DNA of 64,000 nt from Bryobacterales bacterium (GCA_963422375.2 OY729428.2:128001-192000); one strand, 5' to 3'; positions 21,246-31,908 are shown, numbered from the stretch's first letter. Numbers and translations: made by a program. Notes: generated by a model from the letters alone, not told the origin.

Positions 21246-22931
21246 ATGGCGGCTCGACGCCGTGTCGGCCCGTTGGCACTCGCCTGTTCGCTGGCAGCCG
21301 CGCCCGCTCTCGTGGCCCAGCACGGCTGGGTCGCCGAAACGCAGCATTTCCGCGTGATGGCACCGGAGGCCCCGGGCCTCGGCGGCACGCAGGTCGCCGC
21401 CGCGATCGCCGATCTCGAAACGATTCGGCGCGATTTCGAGCGGGCCGGCTTGGGGCTTTCCGCGCGGGCGGACGGGCGGACCGAGATCCTGATCGTGCCT
21501 CACGCGCTGGATCTGCGCTCGCTGCTGGGCGACCCGGCGAGCGCCCGCACGAGGGGAGTCACGGTCCGGGGCCTCGACCGCGACTACACGGTCGCGCCAT
21601 GGCACGAACTGCCCGGACCCCGGATCACGCTCGCTCACGAGTACGCCCATCATCTCGACGACCCCGGCTGGCCGCCCTGGTTCCGAGAGGGGCGGGCAGT
21701 CTATCTCGGGCGGCGCACCGAACCGCGAACGGACGCCGCGCCGCTGGCGGGCCTCGCCGGCCCGCTCGGCCGCCCCGACTGGATCGACTGGGCCGAGCTG
21801 CTCTCCGCCGAGCCTCGCAGTCCGGCGACACGGTCGGACCTGTTCCAGCCGCAGTCCTGGCTGCTGGTCCACTGGCTGGCGAGCCGCCTGCGCGACATCG
21901 CGCGGCTGTCGCCCCGGATGGGCGACCGGGCACTGGCGGAGATGGGACCGGACTCTCTGGACGACGCGCTGCGCAGGCACCTGGCCGAGGTTCCGGAGCG
22001 CCCCTCGCCGTGGCTGGTGCCCCTATCCGGTGCCGAGGTCCCGCCCGAGCTCCGGCCGGCCCTCGCTTGGGAAGTCCCGCTCTTCAAGGCGGAAGCGCAG
22101 ACGGCCCTGCGTATGCTCGCCGCGGCCGAGCCGGCTCTGGAACGGCTGGCCGGACGCTTCCCGCGAGTGGCAGCTATCCACGCCGCAGGCGCGGCCCTGC
22201 AGCTAGTGCGCGGACGGCACGATCTGGCGGAAAGGCGGTTCGGGCTGGCGCTTGCGCTGGGCGACTCGAGGGCAAGGTCGGCGTACCGCTACGCGAACCT
22301 GCTGATGCGACCGGGCGCGGTGCCGAGGGCGCGCTCCGAGAGGGCGCTGCTCTTCGCCTTGAGCGCGAGGGAGCGGATGCCGCACGAGCCGACGCACCAC
22401 CTGGCCGTCGCGCATGCCCGGATGCTGCTCGAGGACTGGGCCGGCGCGTACGCGGCCCTGCAACAACTCCTGCGCCTGCCCGGCTGGGCGGGCCGCGCCG
22501 GGCGCGAGGCGCTGGAGGTCCGGAGGCGGAGGACCCAAGCGCTACGCGCCGTGGCAAGCCCCGAAGTCGAGGCGCCCGTCCCCGCATTCGACCTGCCGGG
22601 GCCGGACCAGCCCCGCCCGGCGGACTGGAAGGCACCGGCCGCACCGCCGGAATCCGCGAGCGGCCGCTGGCCTCCATACGGCACCTGGGTGGCTCACGGG
22701 CGGGTCGCTTGGGTCCGCTGCAGCGGGAACCAAAAGACGGTGATCGTGCATTCCCCCTACCGCCGGCTGGTGCTACGCGAGAGCCCCGAGCGCCCGCCGC
22801 GGCTGATCAACCGGCCGTTCCGGGACAAGTCGCTGCCGTGCGACTCGCGGGGGTGGGTGGTCGCAGTCGCCTACCGCAAGTCGCGCGGGCCGGGCGAGAT
22901 CCACGGCGAGCTGGTCGGCATGCGATTCTGA
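21246..22931 (+). CDS. Secreted HExxH zincin-like/TPR-like protein
   Basis: Signal peptide, HEYAH...P.WFREG, helical repeat-like C-terminal half. Confidence 0.6.
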   Translation: MAARRRVGPLALACSLAAAPALVAQHGWVAETQHFRVMAPEAPGLGGTQVAAAIADLETIRRDFERAGLGLSARADGRTEILIVPHALDLRSLLGDPASARTRGVTVRGLDRDYTVAPWHELPGPRITLAHEYAHHLDDPGWPPWFREGRAVYLGRRTEPRTDAAPLAGLAGPLGRPDWIDWAELLSAEPRSPATRSDLFQPQSWLLVHWLASRLRDIARLSPRMGDRALAEMGPDSLDDALRRHLAEVPERPSPWLVPLSGAEVPPELRPALAWEVPLFKAEAQTALRMLAAAEPALERLAGRFPRVAAIHAAGAALQLVRGRHDLAERRFGLALALGDSRARSAYRYANLLMRPGAVPRARSERALLFALSARERMPHEPTHHLAVAHARMLLEDWAGAYAALQQLLRLPGWAGRAGREALEVRRRRTQALRAVASPEVEAPVPAFDLPGPDQPRPADWKAPAAPPESASGRWPPYGTWVAHGRVAWVRCSGNQKTVIVHSPYRRLVLRESPERPPRLINRPFRDKSLPCDSRGWVVAVAYRKSRGPGEIHGELVGMRF

Positions 22932-22937
22932 GCCACC

Positions 22938-23615
22938 CTACATGATGCCGTAGCGGGCGAACGCCTCGCGGGTCGGCATTCCCGCTGCGATTTCCTTGCG
23001 GACCACGTTCTCGCCGCGGACCTTCTCCAGCGCGCGGACGAAGATCTCCGTCTCGTGACGCCGCGGGACCACGCAGACGCCGTCGCGGTCGCCGACCAAG
23101 ACGTCGCCGGTCTCGATCCACGCCTGGCCGATGCGGATGCGCGAGCGGTAGTCCACGACCTTGCCCCGCGGCCCCTGATCCTGGGCGTACGCACCGTGCC
23201 CGAACACCGCGAAGTCGAGCGCGATGATGCCGTCGGTGTCGCGGTAGCAGCCGTCGACGACGGCCCCCTCCGCGCGCAGCACGCGAGCGCGGGTGGCCAT
23301 CAACTCGCCCCATAGGGCGTAGCGCGGCGAGCCGCCGCCGCAGACGTAGATTTCACGGGGCTTGAGGTCGTCAAGCGCTTCCAGCATGAGGCCGAACGGC
23401 GGATCCGCGCCGACCTCCCCCTCCGCGATGTCCTCCGTGGTCACCGTCATCGCCCGCCCGGCCAAGCGCATGCCGGGAAGGATCGGACGGATCTCGGGGG
23501 GCAGGAACTGCCGCAGCAGCCCGGCCTGGTCCATCACGTCTCCGACGACGGCCGAATACAGCGTGCCGCGAACGAGATCGAAGAGATCCTCGTCCGTGCT
23601 CCACGCCAGCGCCAT
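22938..23615 (-). CDS. RraA-family / HMG-aldolase-like protein
   Basis: LYSAVVGDVMD, LAGRAMTV, ALWGELMA, GAVVDGCYRD, GDVLVGDRDGV. Confidence 0.85.
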   Translation of the reverse strand: MALAWSTDEDLFDLVRGTLYSAVVGDVMDQAGLLRQFLPPEIRPILPGMRLAGRAMTVTTEDIAEGEVGADPPFGLMLEALDDLKPREIYVCGGGSPRYALWGELMATRARVLRAEGAVVDGCYRDTDGIIALDFAVFGHGAYAQDQGPRGKVVDYRSRIRIGQAWIETGDVLVGDRDGVCVVPRRHETEIFVRALEKVRGENVVRKEIAAGMPTREAFARYGIM

Positions 23616-23630
23616 ACGCCCCTCCCCGCG

Positions 23631-24545
23631 CTACTGTCCCGGCCCGCCGGACGCAGACACTTTCAGATCCGGGGCGTACCGCCGCATCATCCCTAGGACC
23701 AGCTGCGCGCGACGGACCCGCTCCTTGGACAGGGCGACTGCGGTGGACTCGATATGCGTCCCGCTGGGATAGATGTCCGGCGCGTTGCGCAATCCCAGCT
23801 TCACGTACAGGGGTGCCGCAACCCGAACGAACTCCGGCACCTCGTAATGCCGGACGAACCCGCCGATATTGTCGGGAGCCTCGACGTACAGGTCTATGGG
23901 AGCGTCGATCGCGGCGCGGATCGACGCCAGCTGCGGCAGAGAGAGGTCGGACGGGACGTTGATGGTCGTCGCGCCCAGGTCCTCCAGCACCCGCGCCGCG
24001 GCCGCGTTGGCCGGGGCCATCATGACGGACGTCTTGAGGACAAGGCGCTCCGGCAGGTCGCCGGCAAGCTTCATGCGCCCCAGGATTGCCAGCAGCCCGA
24101 TATCGGAGACCAGCACACTGCGGATTCCCAGGGCAGCGGCCCTGCGCACGTCCTCGATCGCGTACACGAGCTGCTCGCTGCCCCGCAGGCTCAGTCCGAG
24201 CGCCTTGCCGGCGGGGGAGTATGCCTGGGCCCCGACGTCGAACGTCGCCCGGGGGCCGACGAACAGGTTGACCTCCACGCCGCGGGACGCGCCGAGATCG
24301 CGCATCTGTGCAATTTCGTCGTCCGAGAGCAGCATGATGCCGCTGCCCTGGCTGACCCGATGCACAGGGACATCCAGCCGGTCCGCCTCGGCCAGCACGG
24401 CCCGGAGCGCACTCGGCCCTTCCGTGCTGGGGATTTCGATCCGGTATCGAGCGCCGTCCGGAAACCGCTTCGCCGACGATGGCGCCGGATGCGGGTCGGC
24501 GCAGGGCCAGCCCAGCCGGGCCAGGCACTCGCGGGTCTCCCTCAC
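23631..24545 (-). CDS. U32-like TIM-barrel protein of unknown function
   Basis: KRFPDGARYRIEIPSTEGP, HRVSQGSGI, GIRSVLVSDIG, DLYVEAPD..GGFVR; GTG start overlaps the thrB stop. Confidence 0.65.
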   Translation of the reverse strand: MRETRECLARLGWPCADPHPAPSSAKRFPDGARYRIEIPSTEGPSALRAVLAEADRLDVPVHRVSQGSGIMLLSDDEIAQMRDLGASRGVEVNLFVGPRATFDVGAQAYSPAGKALGLSLRGSEQLVYAIEDVRRAAALGIRSVLVSDIGLLAILGRMKLAGDLPERLVLKTSVMMAPANAAAARVLEDLGATTINVPSDLSLPQLASIRAAIDAPIDLYVEAPDNIGGFVRHYEVPEFVRVAAPLYVKLGLRNAPDIYPSGTHIESTAVALSKERVRRAQLVLGMMRRYAPDLKVSASGGPGQ

Positions 24546-25459
24546 CGGTGGCCGTCCACGCCCCTCACGACCAAGCCCGTGCGGTCCAGGTCCGGGAACA
24601 TTACCTCGCTCGGGCAGCCCGCCTTCTCGAACTCGCGTTCCACAGCTCGCGCCGCGTCCTCCACGCCTGTCTCGTAGAACACCACAATCGCGGGGCCGGC
24701 GCCGCTCAGGGCGCACCCTAGCAGACCCGGGACGCGGAGCCCTAGGATCGAAAGCAGGCCCGGCACGCGGTCCGCGCGGTACGGCTGGTGCAGCCGGTCC
24801 TCGAGCGCCACGGGGAACGCCTCCCGGTCGCCCTTGAGCAGGGCGGCGACCAAGAGCGCGGCGCGCTGGATGTTGAAGACCGCGTCCTCTCGCGAGTAGC
24901 GCGCCGGGAGGGCGGCCCGCATGCCGGGCGTCGGCAGATCGAAGTCCGGGCAGACGATCGCCACCGAGAATGCTCTCGGCACCTCCAAGCGCACGGCGTG
25001 GGTCACGCCGTTGCCCCCGATAGCGGCGGTTGTCACGGAGCCGAGCACCGCGGCCGACACGTTGTCCGGATGGCCCTCGATGCGAGCCGCCTCGTCCAGC
25101 AGGCGGCGCTCGTCCCAACCGAGGTCGAGCACCCGGTCGGCCAGGACCACGCCGGTCACGAGCGCGGCGGCGCTCGAGCCGAGGCCCTTCCCCACGGGGA
25201 TCCGGTTGTCGATGGCAAGGTCCACGGGAGGGAGGTCTCGACCCTGCGTCCGCGCGACGCGACGGGCCGTGTCGAGAATCAAGTTCCGCCCTTCTGCCGG
25301 AATCAAGGCCGCGTCACGGCCCGACACGCGCACCCGGGTCGTCTCGGATGCGCGGAAGCGGCAGGTCAGGTAGATCGCGAGCGCGAGGCCCAGCGCGTCG
25401 AATCCGGGACCGAGGTTCGCGCTCGAGGCCGGCACGCGGACCTCCGTCAGGCCGACCAT
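24542..25459 (-). CDS. thrB: Homoserine kinase
   Basis: VPASSANLGPGFD, IPVGKGLGSSAA, EGHPDNV, DRLHQPYR, LSGAGP. Confidence 0.92.
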   Translation of the reverse strand: MVGLTEVRVPASSANLGPGFDALGLALAIYLTCRFRASETTRVRVSGRDAALIPAEGRNLILDTARRVARTQGRDLPPVDLAIDNRIPVGKGLGSSAAALVTGVVLADRVLDLGWDERRLLDEAARIEGHPDNVSAAVLGSVTTAAIGGNGVTHAVRLEVPRAFSVAIVCPDFDLPTPGMRAALPARYSREDAVFNIQRAALLVAALLKGDREAFPVALEDRLHQPYRADRVPGLLSILGLRVPGLLGCALSGAGPAIVVFYETGVEDAARAVEREFEKAGCPSEVMFPDLDRTGLVVRGVDGHR

Positions 25460-25532
25460 GAACCCGCAGTATACCCGAGTGGATCCGCCGGACCGGGTCG
25501 ACGCCGAGCAGGCCCCGGCGCGGCCCCGACGG

Positions 25533-27185
25533 TCAGCGAAACACGACGAAAAAGACAAGGGCTGCCGCCGCGACAAGCGAGGCGGTGACCCGCTCTGGCC
25601 GCCAAGACTCCGCCCGGGCGGCGCTCGCGGCGGTCTGGGACGCCACGTCGCCTCTCGATTCCTCGAGCCATCCGGCACCGGAGCCCCGATAGGCCTCGCC
25701 TCGCCGGCAGCTCGCCAAGGTAAGGCCTCGGAGCGCCGCCGGGCTGGCGGCGCCGCGCCCGGCAGTCCACGCCGCCATAGCCGCGCCGGTAACGGCAACA
25801 GCCCAGAGATAGCTCCACCATACGCTGGTCACCCACGCCGGAAGGTGCCACCCGAGGAGGTCGCCGAGCATCGACACCAAGCCGCAGGCAACCCCGGCTA
25901 GCATCCCTGCCATGCCGGACCCTCGATGGGCCCGCGTGAGCGCTCCTGCCGCGAATACGGTCGCCAAGGGCACGACCGCGACGCTCGAGAGGCGCAAGTA
26001 GAACGCCACCATGCCCTGCCCTAGGAACGGCACGTACAGGAACGAGATCCCGATCGACACGGCGGCCGCAGCTCTCGTCACCCGGAGAACCGCCCGCTCG
26101 CTGGCTTCGGGCGCGAGAAACCGGCAGTAGACGTCCCGGGTGAACACCGCGCCCAAGGCGGAACCCACGGAGTCGTAGGTCGACAGGCAGGCCGCGAGAA
26201 CGCCCGCGAAGACCAGACCGGCAAGGGTGCCGTGGAGGTGGTCGACGAAGAGCCGGGGGAAGACGGCGTCGACTTGGGAGAGACCGGGGTAGAGGGCCCG
26301 GCCCGCGACGCCGAGCGAGACGTTGCACCACATGACCGCGATCAGGACCGCGGACGCGAGGGCCGCTGCGGCCCGCATGTCCCACTCGCTGCGAGCGCCG
26401 AGCAGCCGCATTGACTGCGAGTGGTTCACGATGCAGTAGGCGGCATGCACGGCGACCCATCCGAAGAGCACCAGAGCGATGGGGGCGCCCGGACCGGCGA
26501 GACCGTCGTAGCTGAGCACCCGGTCCGGCAGGTCGGGGGCGGATTCAGCGAGGCGCTGCCGAAGGCCCTGCCAGCCGCCCGCGGCGCTCCATACAGTCCA
26601 CCAGAGCAGGCCGGAGGCCGCGGCAATGGCGACGGTCTGCAACGAATCCGTCGCAACCACCGCTCGCAACCCACCGCTCACGGTGTACACGCCGGCGAGG
26701 GTCGCGAGTCCGGCGACGAGCCACCAAGCCGCCGAGCCCCAGCCCGTCACCGCGCCGAGCAGCAGGAACAGGGAAAAGGCCATGTTCCCCATCACATGGG
26801 TCCGCTGCTGGATCTGGACGGCCGCGCCGAACACGCGCATGCCCGGCCCGAAGCGCGCCTCGAGGTACTCGGCGTTGGTGAAGAACCCAGCCCGATAGAC
26901 CGGTACGAGCACTACCGACGTAGCCAGCAGCCATCCGATCGGGATGCCCAGCCACCAGGTCGAGAGATAGGCGATCCCGTACTGGTACGCGCCGCCAACG
27001 ACGGCCACGAAATCGCCGCTGTCGATCGCGGTCGCGAACAGGGACAGCCCGACAGCCGGCCATGCAAGCGTTCGGGCGGCGAGCTGCCACTCCGTCGCGG
27101 TGCGCGGCCGGCGGGCACGCAGCCATCCCGCCGCGACCAAGGCCGCGTTGATGCCAAGCGCCAGGAGCCAGCCAGTCCAGTTCAT
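25533..27185 (-). CDS. Sodium:solute symporter (SSS family)
   Basis: GLSLFATAID, EYLEARFG, YTVSGGLRAVVATD, many TM helices. Confidence 0.88.
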   Translation of the reverse strand: MNWTGWLLALGINAALVAAGWLRARRPRTATEWQLAARTLAWPAVGLSLFATAIDSGDFVAVVGGAYQYGIAYLSTWWLGIPIGWLLATSVVLVPVYRAGFFTNAEYLEARFGPGMRVFGAAVQIQQRTHVMGNMAFSLFLLLGAVTGWGSAAWWLVAGLATLAGVYTVSGGLRAVVATDSLQTVAIAAASGLLWWTVWSAAGGWQGLRQRLAESAPDLPDRVLSYDGLAGPGAPIALVLFGWVAVHAAYCIVNHSQSMRLLGARSEWDMRAAAALASAVLIAVMWCNVSLGVAGRALYPGLSQVDAVFPRLFVDHLHGTLAGLVFAGVLAACLSTYDSVGSALGAVFTRDVYCRFLAPEASERAVLRVTRAAAAVSIGISFLYVPFLGQGMVAFYLRLSSVAVVPLATVFAAGALTRAHRGSGMAGMLAGVACGLVSMLGDLLGWHLPAWVTSVWWSYLWAVAVTGAAMAAWTAGRGAASPAALRGLTLASCRRGEAYRGSGAGWLEESRGDVASQTAASAARAESWRPERVTASLVAAAALVFFVVFR

Positions 27186-27366
27186 CCTGATACTCCTGCA
27201 CCAGACACCCCGTGATCATCGCACTTGCGAGGTCGCAAGCAGGCATCCCTTCTGGAGCAGACCGGCCGAATCGGAACACTCGAAGGGCAACTGGCATGCG
27301 GCCCGGATCCGGAGAAGTCGGGACCGTAGCCGCGCGTCGCTCGCCTAAGCCCGTTCGCGACGGGCC

Positions 27367-28200
27367 CTAGGCGCGGGTGAGCGCCTCGACGAATTGCTGT
27401 GCCGCCACCTGATGCGCTCGGACCGCGCTCTCGAAGGAGCGAAACGCAGGAGGCGTGCTCCGCAAGTCCCAATGGCCGAAGCGGTCCCTGCCTCGCACCA
27501 AGACCGCTTCCTGCCCCGGTCGGAGAGGGCGCACATCCGGGGTCATGTAGCGGATTGCGAACCCAACCCTCGGTCGGTCGGATCCGTTGGCTCGCGACCC
27601 GTGAATCGCCCGAACGTGGTGCAGGGACATCTGCCCCGGCCCGAGTTCGACGTCCAGCACGTCGGGCTCCTCGTAGTCCGCCCGGACCTCCTGCCCACGC
27701 GTCAGCAGGTTCTCGTCGGCGAAGGTGTCCTCGTGGAGCAGGATGGGGAGCTTATGGGATCCCGGAAGAAGCCGCATGCAGCCGTTCTCGGCGGTGCTGT
27801 CCGTCAGCGCGATCCACGCGGTCGTGACTTCCCCGCCGTCCAGGCCCCAGTAGGTCCCGTCCTGGTGCATGGTGATGTACCCGCTGTCCCGCGCCGGCTT
27901 GGGAAACACCTGGGCGGACCAGAGCAGGATGTCGGTGCCGAGCACGGCTTCCACCGCGTCGAGCACCGCCGGATGAAAGCCAAGATCCCAGGCCCACCTG
28001 TAGAAGCGGTGAACCTGGCTCATCTGAACCGCCTTGGGGGCGCCGCCGAGAGCCTGCGCGACGCGTTCGTACTCTGTCACGCCCCGGGCCGCCTCGCTAG
28101 GGTCCAGAACGTCGATCGGAAACAGGAAACCGTCCCTGCCGTACTGGTCCACCCGGTCCGCGGAGAGCTTCGGCCGCATCGCGCCCTCGCGGCCCATCAT
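27367..28200 (-). CDS. Phytanoyl-CoA dioxygenase (PhyH) family Fe(II)/2OG oxygenase
   Basis: HQDGTYW (HxD), TAWIALTD..ENGCM..LPGSH, IHGSRAN.S..PR. Confidence 0.9.
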   Translation of the reverse strand: MMGREGAMRPKLSADRVDQYGRDGFLFPIDVLDPSEAARGVTEYERVAQALGGAPKAVQMSQVHRFYRWAWDLGFHPAVLDAVEAVLGTDILLWSAQVFPKPARDSGYITMHQDGTYWGLDGGEVTTAWIALTDSTAENGCMRLLPGSHKLPILLHEDTFADENLLTRGQEVRADYEEPDVLDVELGPGQMSLHHVRAIHGSRANGSDRPRVGFAIRYMTPDVRPLRPGQEAVLVRGRDRFGHWDLRSTPPAFRSFESAVRAHQVAAQQFVEALTRA

Positions 28201-28267
28201 ACTCCTCGGACAGCGGGCCTAAGGCTCTGCAAGGAGAGCCGCCGAGCGCACTAAACTGTTGGTCGCC

Positions 28268-29569
28268 ATGCATCACGGACTGCAAGCGGTCCACCGCCTA
28301 GCGCTCTCGAGACGGGACCTGCTTCGCCTGCCCGCGGCCTCGGCGCTTTCGGCCCTGCCGGCCGTGCTAGGCCCCGGAGGATCGCTCGCGGCGGCGCAAG
28401 CGAAGGCCAAGCCTCTGAACTTGCGCGTGACCGACCTGAGGTCCTGGATCGTGAATCACTCGGCGAGCAAGAACTACGTCTTCTGCAAGATCTACACGAG
28501 CGAGGGGATCACGGGGGTCGGCGAGGGCTCCGTGACGTCGAAGGCCGCCACCATGAAGGCCGCGATCGACGAACACCGCCGCTACCTAGTCGGCCGCGAT
28601 CCGGCGGACATCGAGATGCACTGGCAAGCGATGTACCGCTGGCCCCGCTGGCGAGGCGGCCCGATCCTCAATTCCGCGATCAGCGCGATCGAGATCGCGC
28701 TCTGGGACATCCTCGGCCAGGCAGTGGGCCAGCCGATCTACCAGCTCATCGGCGGCAAGGCTCGGCATCGCGTTCAGATGTACGTCCATCCGGGCGGCGG
28801 CCCGACTCCGGCGGCGTACGCCGACCGCTGGCTGGCAGCGCGAGAGGCCGGCTGGACAGCCGGCAAGGGCGGCTTCATCACAACCCACGACAACGTGATC
28901 GACCCGGTGCGGTCTGTGCGCGAGGGGATTGCCAATCTCGCCGCCGTGCGCGAGGCAGTCGGGGAGGAGTTCGCGATCTGCATCGACGTACACGGCAAGG
29001 CGACTCCTACCATGGCGAGCTCCTTTTGCCGGCAGGCCGAGCCCCTGCAGCCCTACTTCGTCGAGGAAGCGACCCAGATCGAAGACCTCGACGAGCTCGC
29101 CCGCCTGCGGGCGATGACGACGATCCCCCTAGCCACCGGCGAGCGCCTCTTCACCAAGTACGGCTTCTCGCAAATCTGCCACCGGCACCTCGTGGACTAC
29201 ATCCAGCCCGACGTGGTGCATTGCGGCGGCATCCTCGAGCTGAAGAAGATCGCGGCCATCGCCGAGGCGTACCGCATCGAGCTGTGCCCGCACAATCCGC
29301 AGAGCGAGGTGTCGACGATGGCGTCGCTGCACGCGGACTTCTCGACCCCGAATTTCGCGATCCAAGAAATCTCGACGGGACGCCGGGAGCCGTTCTGGGA
29401 CGACTTCTTCCTTGGCGGGGGACCGCGCTACGAAGGCGGGTTCGCACTGCCGCCGGACGCGCCGGGCTTGGGCGTGACGTTCGACGAGCGAGTCGGCGAA
29501 CGTCGCCCCTACGTGCCGGTGACCCGCCAGCAGCTCCGCTTCCCGGACGGCGGGGTCGCGGATCACTGA
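28268..29569 (+). CDS. Enolase-superfamily acid-sugar dehydratase (DgoD-like), Tat signal
   Basis: SRRDLL; GITGVGE, AISAIEIALWDI.G, IDVHG, FVEE, ATGER, QPDVVHCGGI, PHNP. Confidence 0.88.
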   Translation: MHHGLQAVHRLALSRRDLLRLPAASALSALPAVLGPGGSLAAAQAKAKPLNLRVTDLRSWIVNHSASKNYVFCKIYTSEGITGVGEGSVTSKAATMKAAIDEHRRYLVGRDPADIEMHWQAMYRWPRWRGGPILNSAISAIEIALWDILGQAVGQPIYQLIGGKARHRVQMYVHPGGGPTPAAYADRWLAAREAGWTAGKGGFITTHDNVIDPVRSVREGIANLAAVREAVGEEFAICIDVHGKATPTMASSFCRQAEPLQPYFVEEATQIEDLDELARLRAMTTIPLATGERLFTKYGFSQICHRHLVDYIQPDVVHCGGILELKKIAAIAEAYRIELCPHNPQSEVSTMASLHADFSTPNFAIQEISTGRREPFWDDFFLGGGPRYEGGFALPPDAPGLGVTFDERVGERRPYVPVTRQQLRFPDGGVADH

Positions 29570-29599
29570 GCGGGCGGCGGCCTCGCTACACTCGTAGGC

Positions 29600-30136
29600 T
29601 TGGCCACGGACGCGCCCTCGCTGGACGTCGGCTGCGGGCTCAACAAGCGGGCCGGCGCCATCGGCGTGGACCGGATCCCGGGAACCGCGGCCGACGTCCT
29701 GGCGGACATCGACCGCGGGTGCCTTCCGTTTCGCGACTCCGCGTTCGGGTCGGCCAGCTTGATCCACGTGATCGAGCACGTCGAGAACGTCGTCCGCACG
29801 ATGGAGGAGCTGCATCGCGTGCTCCGCCCGGGCGGCCGGCTCAGCATCGAGACCCCGCACTACTCCGATGCCAGCTCCTTCGCCGACCCAACCCACCGCT
29901 GGCACCTGAACTCGTTCTCCTTCCGCTACTTCACCGAGGAGGGCGGATTCGCCTATTACACGCCCTGCCGCTTCCGGCTGGTCCGCTTGGAGGTCAAGCT
30001 TGTGCGCCTGTGGAGGCTGCTCGGATGGGAGTTCGCCGTGAATCGCTCGCGCGCCGTCCGTAAGTTCTGGGAGTATTACCTATGCTTCCTAGTGCGCGGC
30101 AAGGCGCTGGTTCTCGAGTTCGAGGTCGTCAAGTGA
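29600..30136 (+). CDS. Class I SAM-dependent methyltransferase
   Basis: LDVGCG, HVIEH, ELHRVLRPGG, DPTH. Confidence 0.85.
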   Translation: MATDAPSLDVGCGLNKRAGAIGVDRIPGTAADVLADIDRGCLPFRDSAFGSASLIHVIEHVENVVRTMEELHRVLRPGGRLSIETPHYSDASSFADPTHRWHLNSFSFRYFTEEGGFAYYTPCRFRLVRLEVKLVRLWRLLGWEFAVNRSRAVRKFWEYYLCFLVRGKALVLEFEVVK

Positions 30137-30157
30137 CGCCGTGGTATCCTCCGAGAG

Positions 30158-30643
30158 ATGGATCTGGTCGGGGTCTTCGCGTCGCTCGGCCAGGACCGTA
30201 GCGTCCGGCTGGTCGAGACGGTGTCGATCAGCGCCCTGCGGACATTCGGCGTGTACGAGGCGATCAAGGTCCGGTCCAGGCTTCGCAAGCTGAACAGGCA
30301 GAAGCTCCAAACAGCCTCCCCTGCCCTGTGGAGGAGGATCACCGAGGGCGACTCCGACCTGGCGCGCGACCTCGCGCAGGCTGTCCTCGTCTCGCACATC
30401 GCGCTGGTCGCCGAGGTTCTCGACTCACTCGGAATCGAGCACGACGGGAATGGCTTCTACTCCAAGGACGAGGACCACTCGGGCAAGTTCAAGCCGGGCT
30501 GGCCGAGCACCGTGCTCGGACACTTCGGCGAACGCTACCCGCGTGACGTCGTCCTGCTCTACATCAACTACCTCGGGTGGGAGACGGGCGTTCTCGAGAG
30601 CCCGTTCCTCGGTCCCCTAGGGGAGGCCCGGACGGCGGCCTGA
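30158..30643 (+). CDS. Hypothetical protein
   Basis: 161-aa ORF with host-like codon bias, co-oriented with neighbours, TGnTATCCT 7 nt upstream. Confidence 0.75.
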   Translation: MDLVGVFASLGQDRSVRLVETVSISALRTFGVYEAIKVRSRLRKLNRQKLQTASPALWRRITEGDSDLARDLAQAVLVSHIALVAEVLDSLGIEHDGNGFYSKDEDHSGKFKPGWPSTVLGHFGERYPRDVVLLYINYLGWETGVLESPFLGPLGEARTAA

Positions 30644-30697
30644 ACGGCTAGCCAGGCGCGCTTGGAATCCGGCTGCGCCGAGAGGTTTGTTCCTGCA

Positions 30698-31870
30698 ATG
30701 ACTGCAAAGCGCATCGGCATCCTGACCGGCGGCGGCGACGTCCCCGGCCTGAACTCCGTGATCAAGGCCTCTGTCAGCAACTGCGTCGACCGCGGCATCG
30801 AGGTGATCGGCATCCGGCGGGGGTGGAAGGGACTGACGCACATCCATCCGGTCAAGGGGACCGACCCGGAATACATGCTGCCGCTCAACCGGCTGAATAC
30901 CAGAACGGTGGACCGCAGCGGCGGAACGTTCCTGCATTCGACCCGCACGCAGCCGTCCCGCCTGAAGGTCGGTGACATGCCCAAGTGGCTGCAGCGCAAG
31001 CTGGGCACCGTGCGCGAGGTCGAGCCCGGAATCGTCGACCTGACGCCCGTCGTGCTCGACAACCTGCGCAAGCTTGACATCGACCACTTGATCGCCATCG
31101 GAGGAGACGACACCTTGAGCTACGCTCGTCGGCTCCACGACGAAGGCTTCCCAGTGGTCTGCATCCCGAAGACCATGGACAACGACGTGCCCGACACGGA
31201 GTACTGCATCGGATTCTCGACGGCCATCACCAGGGCCGTCGACAACATCAGCCGGCAGCGGACGACCGTAGGCTCGCACGAGCGCGTCGGGATCTTCCGC
31301 GTGTTCGGCAGGGACGCCGGCTTCACGTCGCTCTATACGGCCTATGTCACCGGCATTCACTGCTGCATACCCGAATACGAGTTCGACCTGGACAGGCTCC
31401 TATCGCTGATCCAGGAAGAGAAGCGGGACAATCCGAGCAACTACGCGCTGGTGGTCCTTTCGGAGGGCGCGACGTGGAATGGTCACACCCTCCAGCACTA
31501 TGGCGAGCCGGACGCCTACGGGCACCGCAAGAAAATGAGCGTCGGCGAGGCTCTCAGCCAGGAAGTCAAGAAGCGCATCCACGAGGAGACGGTGGTGAGC
31601 GACCTCACCTACGACCTGCGTGGGGGACCGCCGGACTTCATCGACAGGCTGGTGGCGACGACCTTCGCCTCCATCGCGGTGGAATGCATCGCGGACGGCG
31701 GCTCGGGCAGGATGGTGGCGATTCAGAACGGCTGCTTCGTCGATGCCGAGATTCCCGGGAAGGGGCGCAAGTCACGCGTCGTAGACGTGGAGACGATGTA
31801 CGACACCGAGCGCTACCTGCCGCGGTACGGCAGCAAGGCGGGCCTGCCGATCTTTCTCAACCGTCTCTGA
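30698..31870 (+). CDS. pfp: Phosphofructokinase, PPi-dependent signature
   Basis: TGGGDVPGLN; GGDDT and PKTMDND carry the Asp/Lys residues diagnostic of PPi-PFK (ATP enzymes have GGDG/PGTIDND). Confidence 0.85.
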   Translation: MTAKRIGILTGGGDVPGLNSVIKASVSNCVDRGIEVIGIRRGWKGLTHIHPVKGTDPEYMLPLNRLNTRTVDRSGGTFLHSTRTQPSRLKVGDMPKWLQRKLGTVREVEPGIVDLTPVVLDNLRKLDIDHLIAIGGDDTLSYARRLHDEGFPVVCIPKTMDNDVPDTEYCIGFSTAITRAVDNISRQRTTVGSHERVGIFRVFGRDAGFTSLYTAYVTGIHCCIPEYEFDLDRLLSLIQEEKRDNPSNYALVVLSEGATWNGHTLQHYGEPDAYGHRKKMSVGEALSQEVKKRIHEETVVSDLTYDLRGGPPDFIDRLVATTFASIAVECIADGGSGRMVAIQNGCFVDAEIPGKGRKSRVVDVETMYDTERYLPRYGSKAGLPIFLNRL

Positions 31871-31908
31871 GGCCGCCGGCCCGGGCGGGGACGCTTGCGA
31901 CGGCGACC

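Noticed and set aside
23631..24545. UbiU/UbiV or tRNA-hydroxylase assignment for the U32-like protein
   Set aside because: Lacks the clustered Fe-S cysteines of those enzymes
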